The translations under genes were made by a program, and so were the position numbers. From contig NC_042997.1 in assembly GCF_006345805.1 (NCBI RefSeq), positions 186,930,001 to 186,994,000 on the forward strand: DNA of 64,000 nucleotides. Reading direction: 5' to 3'. Numbering within the stretch: position 1 is the first letter of the stretch; each line of letters begins with the position of its first letter. This DNA is from Octopus sinensis (Eukaryota). Shown here piece after piece: positions 12,751-24,186 of the stretch. The notes under the pieces are model-generated. The model saw nothing but the letters and a program-made list of their open reading frames with translations, made no database searches and was not told the DNA's origin.

Positions 12751-12972
12751 CCCTTTTGTTACTGTATTTATTTTGAGATGCTCTGTATTTCTTTCAGCTA
12801 ATTTTGAAGATAGCAAAGAATTTAGTAAAATAACTTAGTTATCATTCAGCTAGTGTTAGGAACATAAATTGTGGCTCAGGTTTGGTGGAAGATTTTAATT
12901 CAAAACTTATGAAAACAAGATATTTATACTACAGAGCCAGAGCTGGTTTCAGTCGGATTGGTAAAGAAAGGG
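12751..12972. mobile_element. piggyBac-type MITE
   Basis: TTAA at 12747-12750 and 12973-12976; TIR CCCTTTTGTTAC / GTAAAGAAAGGG. Confidence 0.85.
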
Positions 12973-13267
12973 TTAAGGCTTGCAAAGTCTTCAGTAGGAA
13001 CAATATATGACAATAATAAGGAAGCCAATTGCTCAAGAAGTTACTCCATTAAGTGCTTGGACCTTGTTCATAGATCTAATGTGATACTTAAATTGGGATC
13101 ACTGTTGAATGTATAGATCAAGAATGAAGCTCAAAGTACTGTGTCAATAAGCATGATAGGGATTAAAAACAAAACCCAAAGTTTGTATGATAATTTGCAG
13201 GAAAATGTAAGTGAAACTTCTAGCAAAAAACCCTTTTGATTAAGAAAGGCTAGTTTGGAAGGTTTAA

Positions 13268-13475
13268 CTCTTTATCTCTGTCAAATGTAATTCTTATCAA
13301 TCACATTGTTTTCCCTGACTCATGCATTAATTTATATCTTTAAGATTTCAATGATGCTATTATTTATTTTTAGCATGACATTGCATGGTAGGTGTGAGAG
13401 GCCAGATCTGGCAGATCTGAAATTAAAACAATTAGAATATTTGAGCCAGATATAACTGATTTAAATGCCAAAGGT
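13268..13475. mobile_element. piggyBac-type MITE (second family)
   Basis: TTAA at 13264-13267 and 13476-13479, decayed CCCTTT/AAAGGG ends. Homologous to 29253-29470 and 52638-53262. Confidence 0.8.
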
Positions 13476-13844
13476 TTAAGAAGCACTTTAATCTACATAA
13501 CCTATAAATGACTGTTGATACTGCCAGAGTGCTGATACAGAGGCTGCTATGAATTAACCTGAGCAGCTGAAAAAAAATGATTGACAAGGAGGGCTACACA
13601 CCACAGCAAGTGTCCAATGTTGATGGAACTGCACATTTTGAAGGTGCTAGTTGGAAGACTATTCACTGTAGCTATTTATCTTCTACATTTCTAAGTGTTC
13701 TTCATAATGTTATACACCAATCTTGATGTGTATGATGTATACACATCATATAGACTAGGACAAAAACTTCTTCCAATAAAGGTTAGTAACATTATTTACA
13801 TTATTTACAATTGACAGATATTTGTCCTCATCTTGTTTGTTGTT

Positions 13845-13888
13845 AACACATTTCGGTTGATATACCCTCCAACCTTCATCAGGTGTCT
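13845..13888 (-). ncRNA. Minimal hammerhead motif, stem III damaged
   Basis: Reads GACAC CTGATGA A GGTTG gagggtatat CAACC GAAA TGTGTT; lacks CGT relative to the plus copy. Confidence 0.6.
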
Positions 13889-14144
13889 TGGGGAAATTTC
13901 GAACCTGGGTACTCATTTCTAAGGTATTTTTCAATGTTGTTGTTGTTATTATTATTATTATTGTTATTATTAGGTCACTGCCTGGACTCAAACTCAGACT
14001 CTTGGGGTTAGTAGCCCGTGCTCTTAACTACTACACCATATGCCCGTGAGCATATGGCATAATAATAATAATAATAATAATAATAATTATAATGACATTG
14101 AAAAATACCTTAGGAATGAGAACCCAGGTTCAAAATTTCCCCAA

Positions 14145-14190
14145 GACACCTGATGAAGGCTGGTGGGTATATCAGCCAAAACGTTGTGTT
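14145..14190 (+). ncRNA. Minimal hammerhead motif, G12 mutated to A
   Basis: Reads GACAC CTGATGA A GGCTG gtgggtatat CAGCC AAAA CGT T GTGTT, with palindromic ACGT stem III, GUU triplet and stem I GACAC/GTGTT. Confidence 0.65.
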
Positions 14191-14569
14191 AACAACAAGC
14201 AAGATGAGGACAAATATCTGTCAATTGTAAATAATGCAAATAATGTACATAATTCCTCATCTCATAAATATAGATGGTTAGTAACATCCTGATAAAAGAT
14301 TTTATAGCTTTTTTAAAAAAAGAAGTTTAAAAAAGAAAATCTCCTCCAAAAGGTTCAGAGTCCTGAGGTCATCTGTCAGTACTTCATCCCATATATGCTT
14401 GTCATAGGGAGGGAGCCTGTCTCCCTTGTCAGCTGTTAGAAAAATGCTCTCACATGGCTAAGAGTTGTCTTGACTGTTATTTCTAGCAATGTTGGTGATT
14501 ACTAGCCCCCTCCGTCACTGTTGCCTATCAGTTCTAAATTGCGAATGGCCACCTTAATAATTTATTTAT

Positions 14570-14962
14570 AGGAGTGGCTGTGTGGTAAATAGCTTGCTTA
14601 CCAGCCACGTGGTCCCAGGTTTAGTCCCACTGCGTGGCACCTTGGGTAAGCATCTTCTATTATAGTCTCAGGCCGACCAAAGCCTTGTGAGTGGATTTGG
14701 TAGACGGAAACTGAAAGAAGCCCATCATGTATATACTTATATATGTATGTGTGTGTATATGTTTGTGTGTCTCTGCATGTCCCCCTCACCATTGCTTGAC
14801 AATTGATGGTGGTGTGTTTATATCCCCATAACTTAGTGATTCAGCAAACGAGACCGATAGAATAAGTACTAGGCTTACAAAGAATAAGTCCTGTGGTCAA
14901 TTTGCTCGACTAAAGGCGGTGCCCCAGCATGGCTGCAGTCAATTGACTGAAAAAAGTAAAAG
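14570..14962 (+). mobile_element. SINE family A, near full length
   Basis: Family match. Confidence 0.9.
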
Positions 14963-15038
14963 TTTATATATATATATATAGTTTACTGATGCATAAGTTA
15001 AGATTAACAAAAAAGTATTCCATCCAGTGAGAAATAAA

Positions 15039-15250
15039 TATCATTTAATGTACACAGTATAAAGATATGAGTTGCTAATAATTTCTTGCTTTGGAGGGCA
15101 CATGTTTAGGCAATTTTCTGATAATACATCTTTTGTCTCCAAGCAGTCTTGGAGACACAAGGCATGTTATAAAAAGCTGCCTAGATCTGCATCTCCAAAA
15201 CAAGAAACTATTAGTAGCTCATATCTTAATACTGTGTACATTAAATGATA
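15039..15250. repeat. Imperfect fold-back palindrome (about 105-nt arms, 4-nt loop), TA at both ends
   Basis: Left arm tatcatttaatgtacacagtat..gtctccaag, loop cagt, right arm cttggagac..actgtgtacattaaatgata. Confidence 0.85.
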
Positions 15251-15611
15251 TATATATATATATATATATATATGTATTGTGTGTGTTCATATGTATATAT
15301 ATCTGTGTGTGTGTGTGTATGTATATATATAAATATGTATATATCTGTATATGTGCATGTATATATATATATATATATATATATATTTCAAAATGAGTTT
15401 AAAGGGTGGTATTATCTTGGTGGTAACCATTTCCTCTCAAGTTGATTTTAGATGCTGGCTAACCACAATGGTCCTAATAATGCTAGGCTGCATATCCAAG
15501 TGTCCAGCCACAGCAGTTGAAACACATATAGGTCCCATAAACATACTGTAAATAACTGTTGAATAAAATTATGGATGTGAAAAATCTGTTCTCCTTATCA
15601 TGATTAATATA

Positions 15612-15642
<31 letters not shown>

Positions 15643-15744
15643 ATATGATATACATATATATATATATATATATATCTTTATGTACATGTATCTATCAATC
15701 TATGCATAGATATAGACTATGGAAAAATCCATTGATATTTTTTA

Positions 15745-16108
15745 TTTTGTTTCAGTCACTGGATGTGGCCATGCTGGGTTACTGCCTTGAAGGTTTAATC
15801 AAAGAAATTAACCCCAGTATCTCTTTTCCTTTCTAATCCTAGTATTTATTCTATTGGTCTCTTTTGCCAAAGCACTATGTTACAGGGATATAAAGAAACC
15901 AACACTGGCTATCATGTGGTGGTGGTGGCCAAACACCAAGACACACAGATACACATACATATATGTACGATGGTCTCCTTTCAGTTTCAGTCTACCAAAT
16001 TCTCTTGCAAGGCTTTGGTTGGTCCAAGGCTATAGTAGAAGATACTTGACCAAGGTGCTGTGCAATGGGATTGAACCCAAGACCAAATGGTTGGGAATCA
16101 AACTTCTT
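15745..16108 (-). mobile_element. SINE family A, degraded
   Basis: Family match. Confidence 0.8.
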
Positions 16109-16150
16109 ATCTGTAGGAATTGTTGGATCATCTTAATTTTTTTTTCTTAC

Positions 16151-16248
16151 ATCATCAAAGAAGCAATCAATTTTATTTATTGTAATATTTTGCCCATAAA
16201 ACAGCTCCCCTTGTCTTTCTTGCTTGTCTTTGATGGTATTTATCTTAT
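16151..16248 (-). CDS. Candidate internal coding exon of an unidentified gene (phase 1 to 0)
   Basis: Acceptor cttttag|AT and donor GAT|gtaaga enclose a 98-nt open frame, KINTIKDKQERQGELFYGQNITINKIDCFFDD. Protein not recognised. Confidence 0.35.
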
Positions 16249-16984
16249 CTAAAAGTATCGCCGATCAATAAGACAAGGAAAATATTGAAAGTGCAAAATG
16301 ATTGCTAAATTTATTATGGTTTGCAAATGCATAATAGTTTGCTTGTTTGGAAATGCATATTAATACAAAACAAATACCTTTTTGAAAGGTTGCTTCAAAT
16401 TAAGTGCAACAAATTATTGATTTAATGGCCATTTCTGAAAACTATTGAAATATAAAAAAAGAAAAAAAAGAAGAAGACAGAAGAGTACAGAAGAAAGAGA
16501 ATAATCTTTAGCAGAAATATAACTGAATAATTCATGCAAGTTTGTCTTCATATTTCTTTAACACAATGTTTTTCTTGCCTTCCTCCACTAACCTGTTTTC
16601 TGTTTTACCTTAGTTTTCACTCTTCTCTTCCTGATTATTCATCTTGTCATCTATCTGTTCTATCTTAATTTTACACCCTTTATTTCCACCAAATATTCCA
16701 CCCATTGTTTCTCACGCCCTCTTTTAGGATGCTTCAGTTTTCATATATTTCATTCTTTCTCTTAATTTCTATCATGTGAAATATTAGAGAAAAATAATTG
16801 TGTTCTGCTAATTTATTTTAAAAATGCAGGAATGAAAATATTTAGAAAACTCTATAAACCATGAATGTAGCATTTATTGCATGGTAGTAGTGAAAGAATA
16901 TTTGAATAATTACCATATGCCTTGTATCTATGTAACGGAAATTCTTATCATGATTAAAAGAAGATAACTATGAGTGTATTCTTT

Positions 16985-17180
16985 TCTACTCTAGGCACAA
17001 GGCCTGAAATTTTTTTTGGGGGAGGGGTTCAGTCAATTAGGTTGACTCCAGTACACAACTGGTACTTAATTTATCGACCCCAAAAAGATGAAAGGCAAAG
17101 TCGACCTTAGCGGAATTTGAACTCAGAATGTAAAGACAGATGAACCACCGCTAAGCATTTCGCCTGGCATGCTCACCACC
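16985..17180 (-). mobile_element. SINE family B
   Basis: Family match. Confidence 0.85.
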
Positions 17181-17473
17181 TTAAGAAGATAACTATGAAT
17201 GTATTAAATATCCAATTATAGAGAAATGGTGGAGAATTAAGTGAAAGAACTGCTAGGATATTGTTTTGCATTTCCACATAGAAAGTTCAAAACTTTCCAG
17301 GACTAGCCTTATCTTTCGTTTATTCACTGTTCATTTGAGTGGCTATATCCTCTTGCCTTCAGTTGCAAGAACTGGACTTTATATCTTGCAAAATGAAGTC
17401 CATATATAACAATAATATTAGTTCACAACAAAGTCCAGTCCTTGTTGCGATGTGATAGCTTGTGTGCTTCAAT

Positions 17474-17780
17474 AACACTAAGAGCTATTCCAGTAGGAGA
17501 CAAGATCCTGGTAGGGCCTCCTATGCTAGGCAGGTCGAAGGATAGAGGCCAGAGTAATATGGACTATTGCTACCCTGAGGTAAAAATGGATATGCATAGA
17601 GCCAACATATCCACCTAGAAAAAAGCTAAGTTATAAAAGTATCAATGACAATTTGCACCAAACAAGACCTGTGAGAAGATGGCCTTCCCTCAGAGAAACA
17701 GAAAAGGCAACCTAGGGTCAAGAACGGCGGAGGTAGGTTGTCCATGACCTATGCTCCATAAGAATGAAGGACTTAAGTAA
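17474..17780 (+). mobile_element. Short non-autonomous RTE-like element
   Basis: 5' part is shared with 62518-62685. The 3' end ccatgacctatgctccataagaatgaaggacttaagtaa is an RTE-like terminus. Confidence 0.55.
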
Positions 17781-18189
17781 TATGTGTTTCAAATTTTGGC
17801 ACAAGGCCAGCAAGTTCAGGGAGGGGTTAAGTTGATTACATCTTCCCTAATGTTCAATTGGTGCTTAGTTTGTCAACCCTGAAAGGATGAAAGGCAGAGC
17901 TGACTTTGGTGGAATTTGAACTCAGAGCATGAAAATAGGTGAAGTGCCTCTAAGCATTTCACCTGGCATGCTAACAACTCTACCAGCTCACTGCTTTAAA
18001 GAGTGGATATATTAGTGTGAATGCAATTCAGTATTACAGACTCATTTCAGTTGGTTTCATGAAAGGCAAAGTTGACCTTGGTGAAATTTGAACTCAGACC
18101 GTAAAGCTAGATGAAATTCTTCTAAGCTTTTTACCCAGTGTGATAATGATTTTGCAAGCTCACTGCCCTACTTAAGTAAGAAATATTGG

Positions 18190-18660
18190 TTTTAGATTTG
18201 GGAACAAGGCTGGTAAGTTTGGGGCCAGTGTAAAGTCCATTACATCGACCCCAGTTTTCAACTGGTACTTATTTCATCAACTTCAAAAGGATGAAAGGCA
18301 AAGTCAACCTCAGTGGAATTTGAACTTGGAGCATAAAACCAGATGAAATACCTATTTCTTTACTACCCACAAGGGGCTACACACAGAGTGGACAAACAAG
18401 GACAGACAAATGGATTAAGTCGATTATATCGACCCCAGTGCATAACTGGTACTTATTTAATTGATCCCGAAAGGATGAAAGGCAAAGTCGACCTTGGTGG
18501 AATTTGAACTCTGAACATAGCGGCAGACGAAATATCGCTAGGTACGCCCAGTGTGCTAACGTTTCTGCCAGCTTGCTGCCTTGAAATACCACTAAGCATT
18601 TGAAATACCACTAAGAATTTTATCAGATATGCTAATGATTCTGTCAGCTTGCTGTCTTAC
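18190..18660 (-). mobile_element. Nested/tandem SINE family B copies
   Basis: Two bodies joined at gatgaaatacc|tatttctttac. Confidence 0.85.
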
Positions 18661-19381
18661 ATAAGTAATACTAGCAACAAGTTCAGAACAATATTTATGT
18701 GGAATATTTATCATCATAAAAAAGCCAATTGGAGATGTAATAGCATGATAATAAGTCTGAAGTTTCAGCCCTTGTTGATACTGTATGCCAGCAGGAACTA
18801 TCAACCTTTTGTTATTGAGGTCTTTGAATAAAACATGGCTGTGAAAACCACCAACCTACTCTAGTAATTCCCAACTAAATATTTTTGGAAGAACCCATTA
18901 TTTCAGTAATGACTATTTCAATAATGATACACAAGCATGAATTAATTGTTTCTGTCAACTGATAATAACTCAATGGTAGAGACAAAAGAGTTAAATGTTA
19001 GTGCGATCCATCTGGTATTTATTATTTAATTAACACTGAACAGTGTTGGAAACTGAATATTTCAATTCATTTGGGTTATGTTTTTGGTGATAACATCTAT
19101 TAATTTGTTTCAGCATCGTCTATAATCTTTGCTATTTTCCCAGTCAGAATTTGAAGTCAGGGCAGCTAGTACAGCTATCCAGGACTTTAAGATCCAAGGA
19201 GGGGCCTGGAAATCTAAGAAGGTACTTTGTGATTTTCTGACTGGGAGCAAGCCCCACCCACTTCTCAGAAAGGGCCTGAAATTAATCTCTTTCTGCTTCA
19301 TAAAATTTCTATCAGAGGCTTTGCATGAAGAAAACATAGTGACTAAAAGTTGTCAAGGGTTCCATTAACCACATTTAGCAG

Positions 19382-19430
19382 GTAACACAGGAGACTTCAT
19401 TGTCAGCCCAAGAACCGGAAAAATTGTCAA
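19382..19430 (+). CDS. Weak candidate micro-exon
   Basis: Acceptor ttagcag|GT and donor AA|gtatga; open frame GNTGDFIVSPRTGKIVK. Confidence 0.2.
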
Positions 19431-21825
19431 GTATGAATCTCTTCATTTAATGTATTTTCCTCATAACTTCTTTCATTTTATCTCAGTGATAACAGGAGTA
19501 TTCAATGGTAGTTGTTAGCATTCATTGCAAGAGTATTGAGGAAATGTTTATTTGAAAAAGTTAATTGTTAGTAAATATCTAATATAATATTAAACTATTT
19601 GTTGAAGTAAATATTCACAAAAATTATTGATTAATTTTAGATGAAAATATCTCTTTTTCTCTCAAGAACAAGACAATTTCTCCTCGAAACACTATTTGAT
19701 AATGTTTTACACATTTCTTATATATTTAATTTGAAGTTTAGAATATAAAATTACTTTTATTATAAATTCTCTTAAGAAGTAACAAGATAGATCTATATAT
19801 TGAAGACTTTATTCAAGGAACAATGCTGCAACACACCATCTGGCTTACTTTTGGAAGAGAGCTCACCTACCACATGATACATAAATTATTGAGGAAATGT
19901 AGAATCGCAACATTCCCTCCACCTTTAAGAAAAAGAAAAAAGAAAAAAAGCAATGAACTCTGAGAACGTAAAATTAGCAAGAGTTAACAGCAATAAGCAT
20001 AACTCTAATGTGGAATTAGATTTTATGTTTATATAATTTAACACAGTAATAAAGTCATAAAGTAGTTCTTTCAAGTGCTTTTATAGCTCTCTTTGAAATA
20101 ATCTCCGTATTACTGTTATTCACTCCCTCTTGAGAAATAATGGTAGTGCTGTGGCATAAAGAATGAGAGCTGGAAATGTTATTAGGATCTAGAATTGAGT
20201 CAGCAATTGATAAGTCTGTTTCCATAAGATTAACTCTTTCGCTTGTAAATGTCAGACACTGAGAAATCACAGGGTGAAACAGTATCTCATATACAGCTGA
20301 GCTTTCTTGAATTTACCCAACTTGGTCACACCCTCTATTATGATCCCTCATAGTGTCAGCACATCGATACTCTATGTAGTTCTTATTTGCTTCCATAGTC
20401 ATGATATTTTCTATCACTGTTGTTAGTGTTGAAAGTTCCAACCAGAGAAAATGCTTTTTGAGACCCTGAAAAACAGTTTAAGAGATGTAATCAGAACAAG
20501 TAGTAAGAAAACTGTAATGTGAATATTCATGAACCATTACTAAAAGATAAATATTTGAATATTACCCCTCCACCACCACCACCACCACCACTAACTGAAT
20601 GCAATATATATTCCTCCTTCATCTGAATAGCTTTTATTAGGTGTTGTTCCATAAGGACTTTAAAATTTAAGTTTTAGGTCAGTGCATATTTGGCACTCAC
20701 AACATAACATATTTTGCAAATATTTTTAGTAGATGGAAAATCTTTTTCTTTTATGCAATGTCACAACTGGGTGACACAAATCATAATGAACTATTGAAGA
20801 AATCTATAATCTGATTGAACAGAACAAATTCAGGACAAGAAATCAGTGCACACATTCTCTTTTCCACATCTATAGAAAATGCTAAGATTGCATAATGGAA
20901 TTTGAACCCTCCAGCATAATATTTTGTCATTCTTTCTTTGCATTTACGAGATTTAACCAGCATAAATTGGATGCTTTGTTGTCCTGTAATGGGGGTAAAG
21001 TATCTCATTATGAGGTAGCATTGTCATTTGCCTAAACATCTAACAACTGTGGCAGCTGCTTTTCTTAATAGAAGGATACAACAGTCTACTTTTGGAAAGG
21101 GTTTGAGAGACAGCAACAGAATACCATCCATGTATATGTTGCAGGTAGAGTAGTATCCAACAAGTTGGTCTCCACTGCAAATGGAATAGAGTTGTCAATA
21201 GGGTAGGGACAAGAATTTTCTATAATGATTTAAATCTTTTTTGAAAACAGTAACACCTTTTTGATGCATTATTAAGGGTCTTTATCTGAAAAATGTGCCA
21301 TTTGCTTGCAAATGCATGATCTTTTCAAGTTGTTGTTTAGAATTAGGTATCTAACCTTTTAGCATTTAAATTAGCCATATTGGGCTCAGATATGCTGCCT
21401 GTTTTAATTTCGAAGTGACCAAATCCGGCTTTGAACATTTAACCTACAGTATTATTCTAAAAGTATATAATCATCATCATCAAAATCTTGAAGCTATGAG
21501 ATAATGCATGATTAATTCAAAACAATGTGAAGCATTATAATAGACAAAGTTATCAGAATGCTAAAAGATTAAAGATGTTTAAGTGGAAACTGCCGAGCAG
21601 GGCCAGGTGTTATTTTGTGGCCCTTAATACAATAATTAAGGAAATTGATATTTGTTTTAGCAATAATGTATTTTTTTCCCTAGAAAGTATTATGTTGAGA
21701 GCTTTGACACACGACAAAAATATGTTTAGGGTTATTCTATCATTGCCAATAGACTTACTCCATTCATATCTAAATAAGAATACAAAGATTTAAGATTATT
21801 CATTATCATTTAATGTCAGTATTTC

Positions 21826-22051
21826 TATTTCTTTATTGCCCACAAGGGGCTAAACATAGAGGGGACAAACAAGGACAGATAAAGGTATTAAGTCGATTAC
21901 ATCGACCCCAGTGCGTAACTGGTACTTAATTTATCGAAAGGATGAAAGGCAAAGTCGACCTCGGCGGAATTTGAACTCAGAACGTAACGGCAGATGAAAT
22001 ACTGCTAAGCATTTCGCCTGGCGTGCCAACGTTTCTGACAGCTCACCGCCT
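21826..22051 (-). mobile_element. SINE family B, full length, 17-bp TSD
   Basis: TSD tttaatgtcagtatttc at 21809-21825 and 22052-22068. Confidence 0.95.
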
Positions 22052-22147
22052 TTTAATGTCAGTATTTCATTCTGGCATGGGCTGAATGGTTTGATAGGAT
22101 CCAATGCATTCAAGGACTGCATCATGCTCCAATGTCTGCTTTGGCAT

Positions 22148-22520
22148 AGGTAAGTTGATTACATCAACACCAGAGTTCACCTGGTAGTTATTTTATCAAC
22201 CCCAAAAGGATGAAAGACAAAGATGACCATAGTGGAATTTAAACCCGGAATGTGAAGATGGACGAAATACCTATTTCTTTACTACCCACAAGGGGCTAAA
22301 CACAGAGAGGACAAACAAGGACAGACAAATGGATTAAGTCGATTATATCGACCCCAGTGTGTAACTGGTACCTATTTAATCGACCCCGAAAGGATGAAAG
22401 GCAAAGTCGACCTCAGCGGAATGTGAACTCAGAAATATGGTTACGCATTTTGCTCAGTGTGCTAATGTTTCTGCCAGCTCACCTGGCATGCTAATGATTC
22501 TGTGAGCTTGCCACCTTATG
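22148..22520 (-). mobile_element. Nested/tandem SINE family B copies
   Basis: Junction gacgaaatacc|tatttctttac. Confidence 0.85.
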
Positions 22521-23204
22521 TTGAGATATAATATTAACTTGTTAATTAATTACAAGTGCTGGAAAAAAGTATAAAGTAGTGTATAAGTGTTGATGGTGGC
22601 GAAATCAACATGGCATAGTTTTTGATCTTCAGTTTAGTGACTGTGGCCTGAACCCTCAATAGTGAGTTTCTTGGGTCTATGATGTTTTCTTTAAGTAGTT
22701 TACTTTTCCTCTCTTAGGAATTTATCTACAGACTACCTTTAATTAAGTGAAACAAAAGCTTTTATGTTTCAAATTAGCGAAAAGTGTAACTGATGGAATC
22801 TCCAGGCAAGCAAAATTTGAAAATATTAATGGGGCTTTTGGACCATTAAACTTAAATGTCAATGAAGAATATTGAGACACGAAACTCTAAGTACACAACA
22901 GAGCAGGGACTGTGTATAGCTATATATCTAATGTTAATTTTGCTTATTCCCATAATTTGGGTACTAAGCTTGACTAACACCATTGTAACATTGCTTCTGA
23001 ATGGTTTAATGACTAATGCTTGAATAGGTTGATTAGTCAACATAATGATAATGAGCATATGAGACAATGTTAAAGTGCAGCCAAAATACTTAAAGCTGAA
23101 GAAAGTACACCACTAAGCATCAACTTTATTATTTTACTTGGAGAGTCTCTATGCTAGAAATAGCAACCACATTTCACTCATGTCACTCTATTATCTTATT
23201 TCTT

Positions 23205-23400
23205 TACTGCCTACAAGGGGCTACACACTGAGTGTGTGACAAGCGAATTAAGTGCATAACTGGTACTTGTTCAATCAACTCCAAAAGGATGAAAGGCAAA
23301 GTCGATCTTGGCGGAATTTGAACTCAGAACGTAGTGGCAGACAAAATACCTCTAAGCATTTCGCCCAGCGTGCTAACATTTCTTCCAGCTAACCGCCTTA
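23205..23400 (-). mobile_element. SINE family B with internal deletion
   Basis: Family match. Confidence 0.85.
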
Positions 23401-24100
23401 GTAACTCTACTATCTTATATAAGAAAACAAAAAGAAACATTCTACATACTCCTAAAATGATGGAATAGCCATTTTAGGAATACCTGTAATTAAAGGCCTG
23501 TTTAATCTGGACTGTACAGGAGTTAAATGACAATAACTTGCAGTAAAAGATTTGCATGACCAAACCATTTACATTTATTCCAAGAGAATCAAATTCTCTG
23601 TAACCTTGGGGCAATTTAGCACTTCTAAGTCAAAACAATTTTTGAATAGAGCAAGACAGAGCTTGAAAATGGATAGACTTTTTGCCATTTTTTGTGAAAA
23701 CTTACATCACAAATCCCCCACCCCACTCCAAATTGTATAAATGTTTCATTTCAAATGTTTTTATTCACCTGCTTGAAGTCTGAGGTGGAGAAATACGTTC
23801 ACAAACATTTAGTAATTGATATATTTTACTGGTTCCTATTGATTTTTTATAGCTGCCTTAAACTCAATATGTTTGTTTGATGAGTACATGCTTTGTATAG
23901 CTAAACTCTACTCTTGAATGATTGGAGTAAATGTCTTTTAATAAAGGCAATCACTGGGCCGTATAACACTTGATGATAGAAAATTAAAAAGATTAGTCTT
24001 AAGAAGACACCATTTTATAAGTACCAGACCATATGAAAATAATGATCAATGTTTTAAAGCTGAATTTCTGAGAGATAGAAATAAAAAGACACACACACAC

Positions 24101-24141
<41 letters not shown>

Positions 24142-24145
24142 AAAT

Positions 24146-24179
<34 letters not shown>

Positions 24180-24186
24180 ATATAAT

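Larger units (their letters stand above)
12637..13645 (+). mobile_element. pogo/Tigger transposase fossil, N-terminal part, interrupted by two MITEs
   Basis: With the MITEs removed it reads MSRKKPS/GKKRIRKRITVDIKLDV, ITKTLRLAKSSVGTIY, AQEVTPLSA, ISMIGIKNKTQSLYDNL, RFKKHFNLHNL, ADTEAAMN*PEQLKK, MIDKEGYTPQQVSNVDGT. These correspond to HTH-psq, CENP-B HTH and the start of DDE. Confidence 0.88.
13789..14246. mobile_element. Head-to-head inverted element: tRNA-like head + (AAT)n + hammerhead-bearing tail
   Basis: Arms 13789-13937 and 14095-14246 are reverse complements. A tRNA-like segment lies at 13972-14045 (-) and a central palindrome CCATATGC-n6-GCATATGG joins the heads. Confidence 0.85.

Noticed and set aside
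17560-17625. Possible twister/HDV ribozyme in the RTE-like 5' region (GGATATG/CATATCC hairpin; also 62625-62662)
   Set aside because: Only one hairpin is supported; the required pseudoknot and core residues are not identifiable in either copy.
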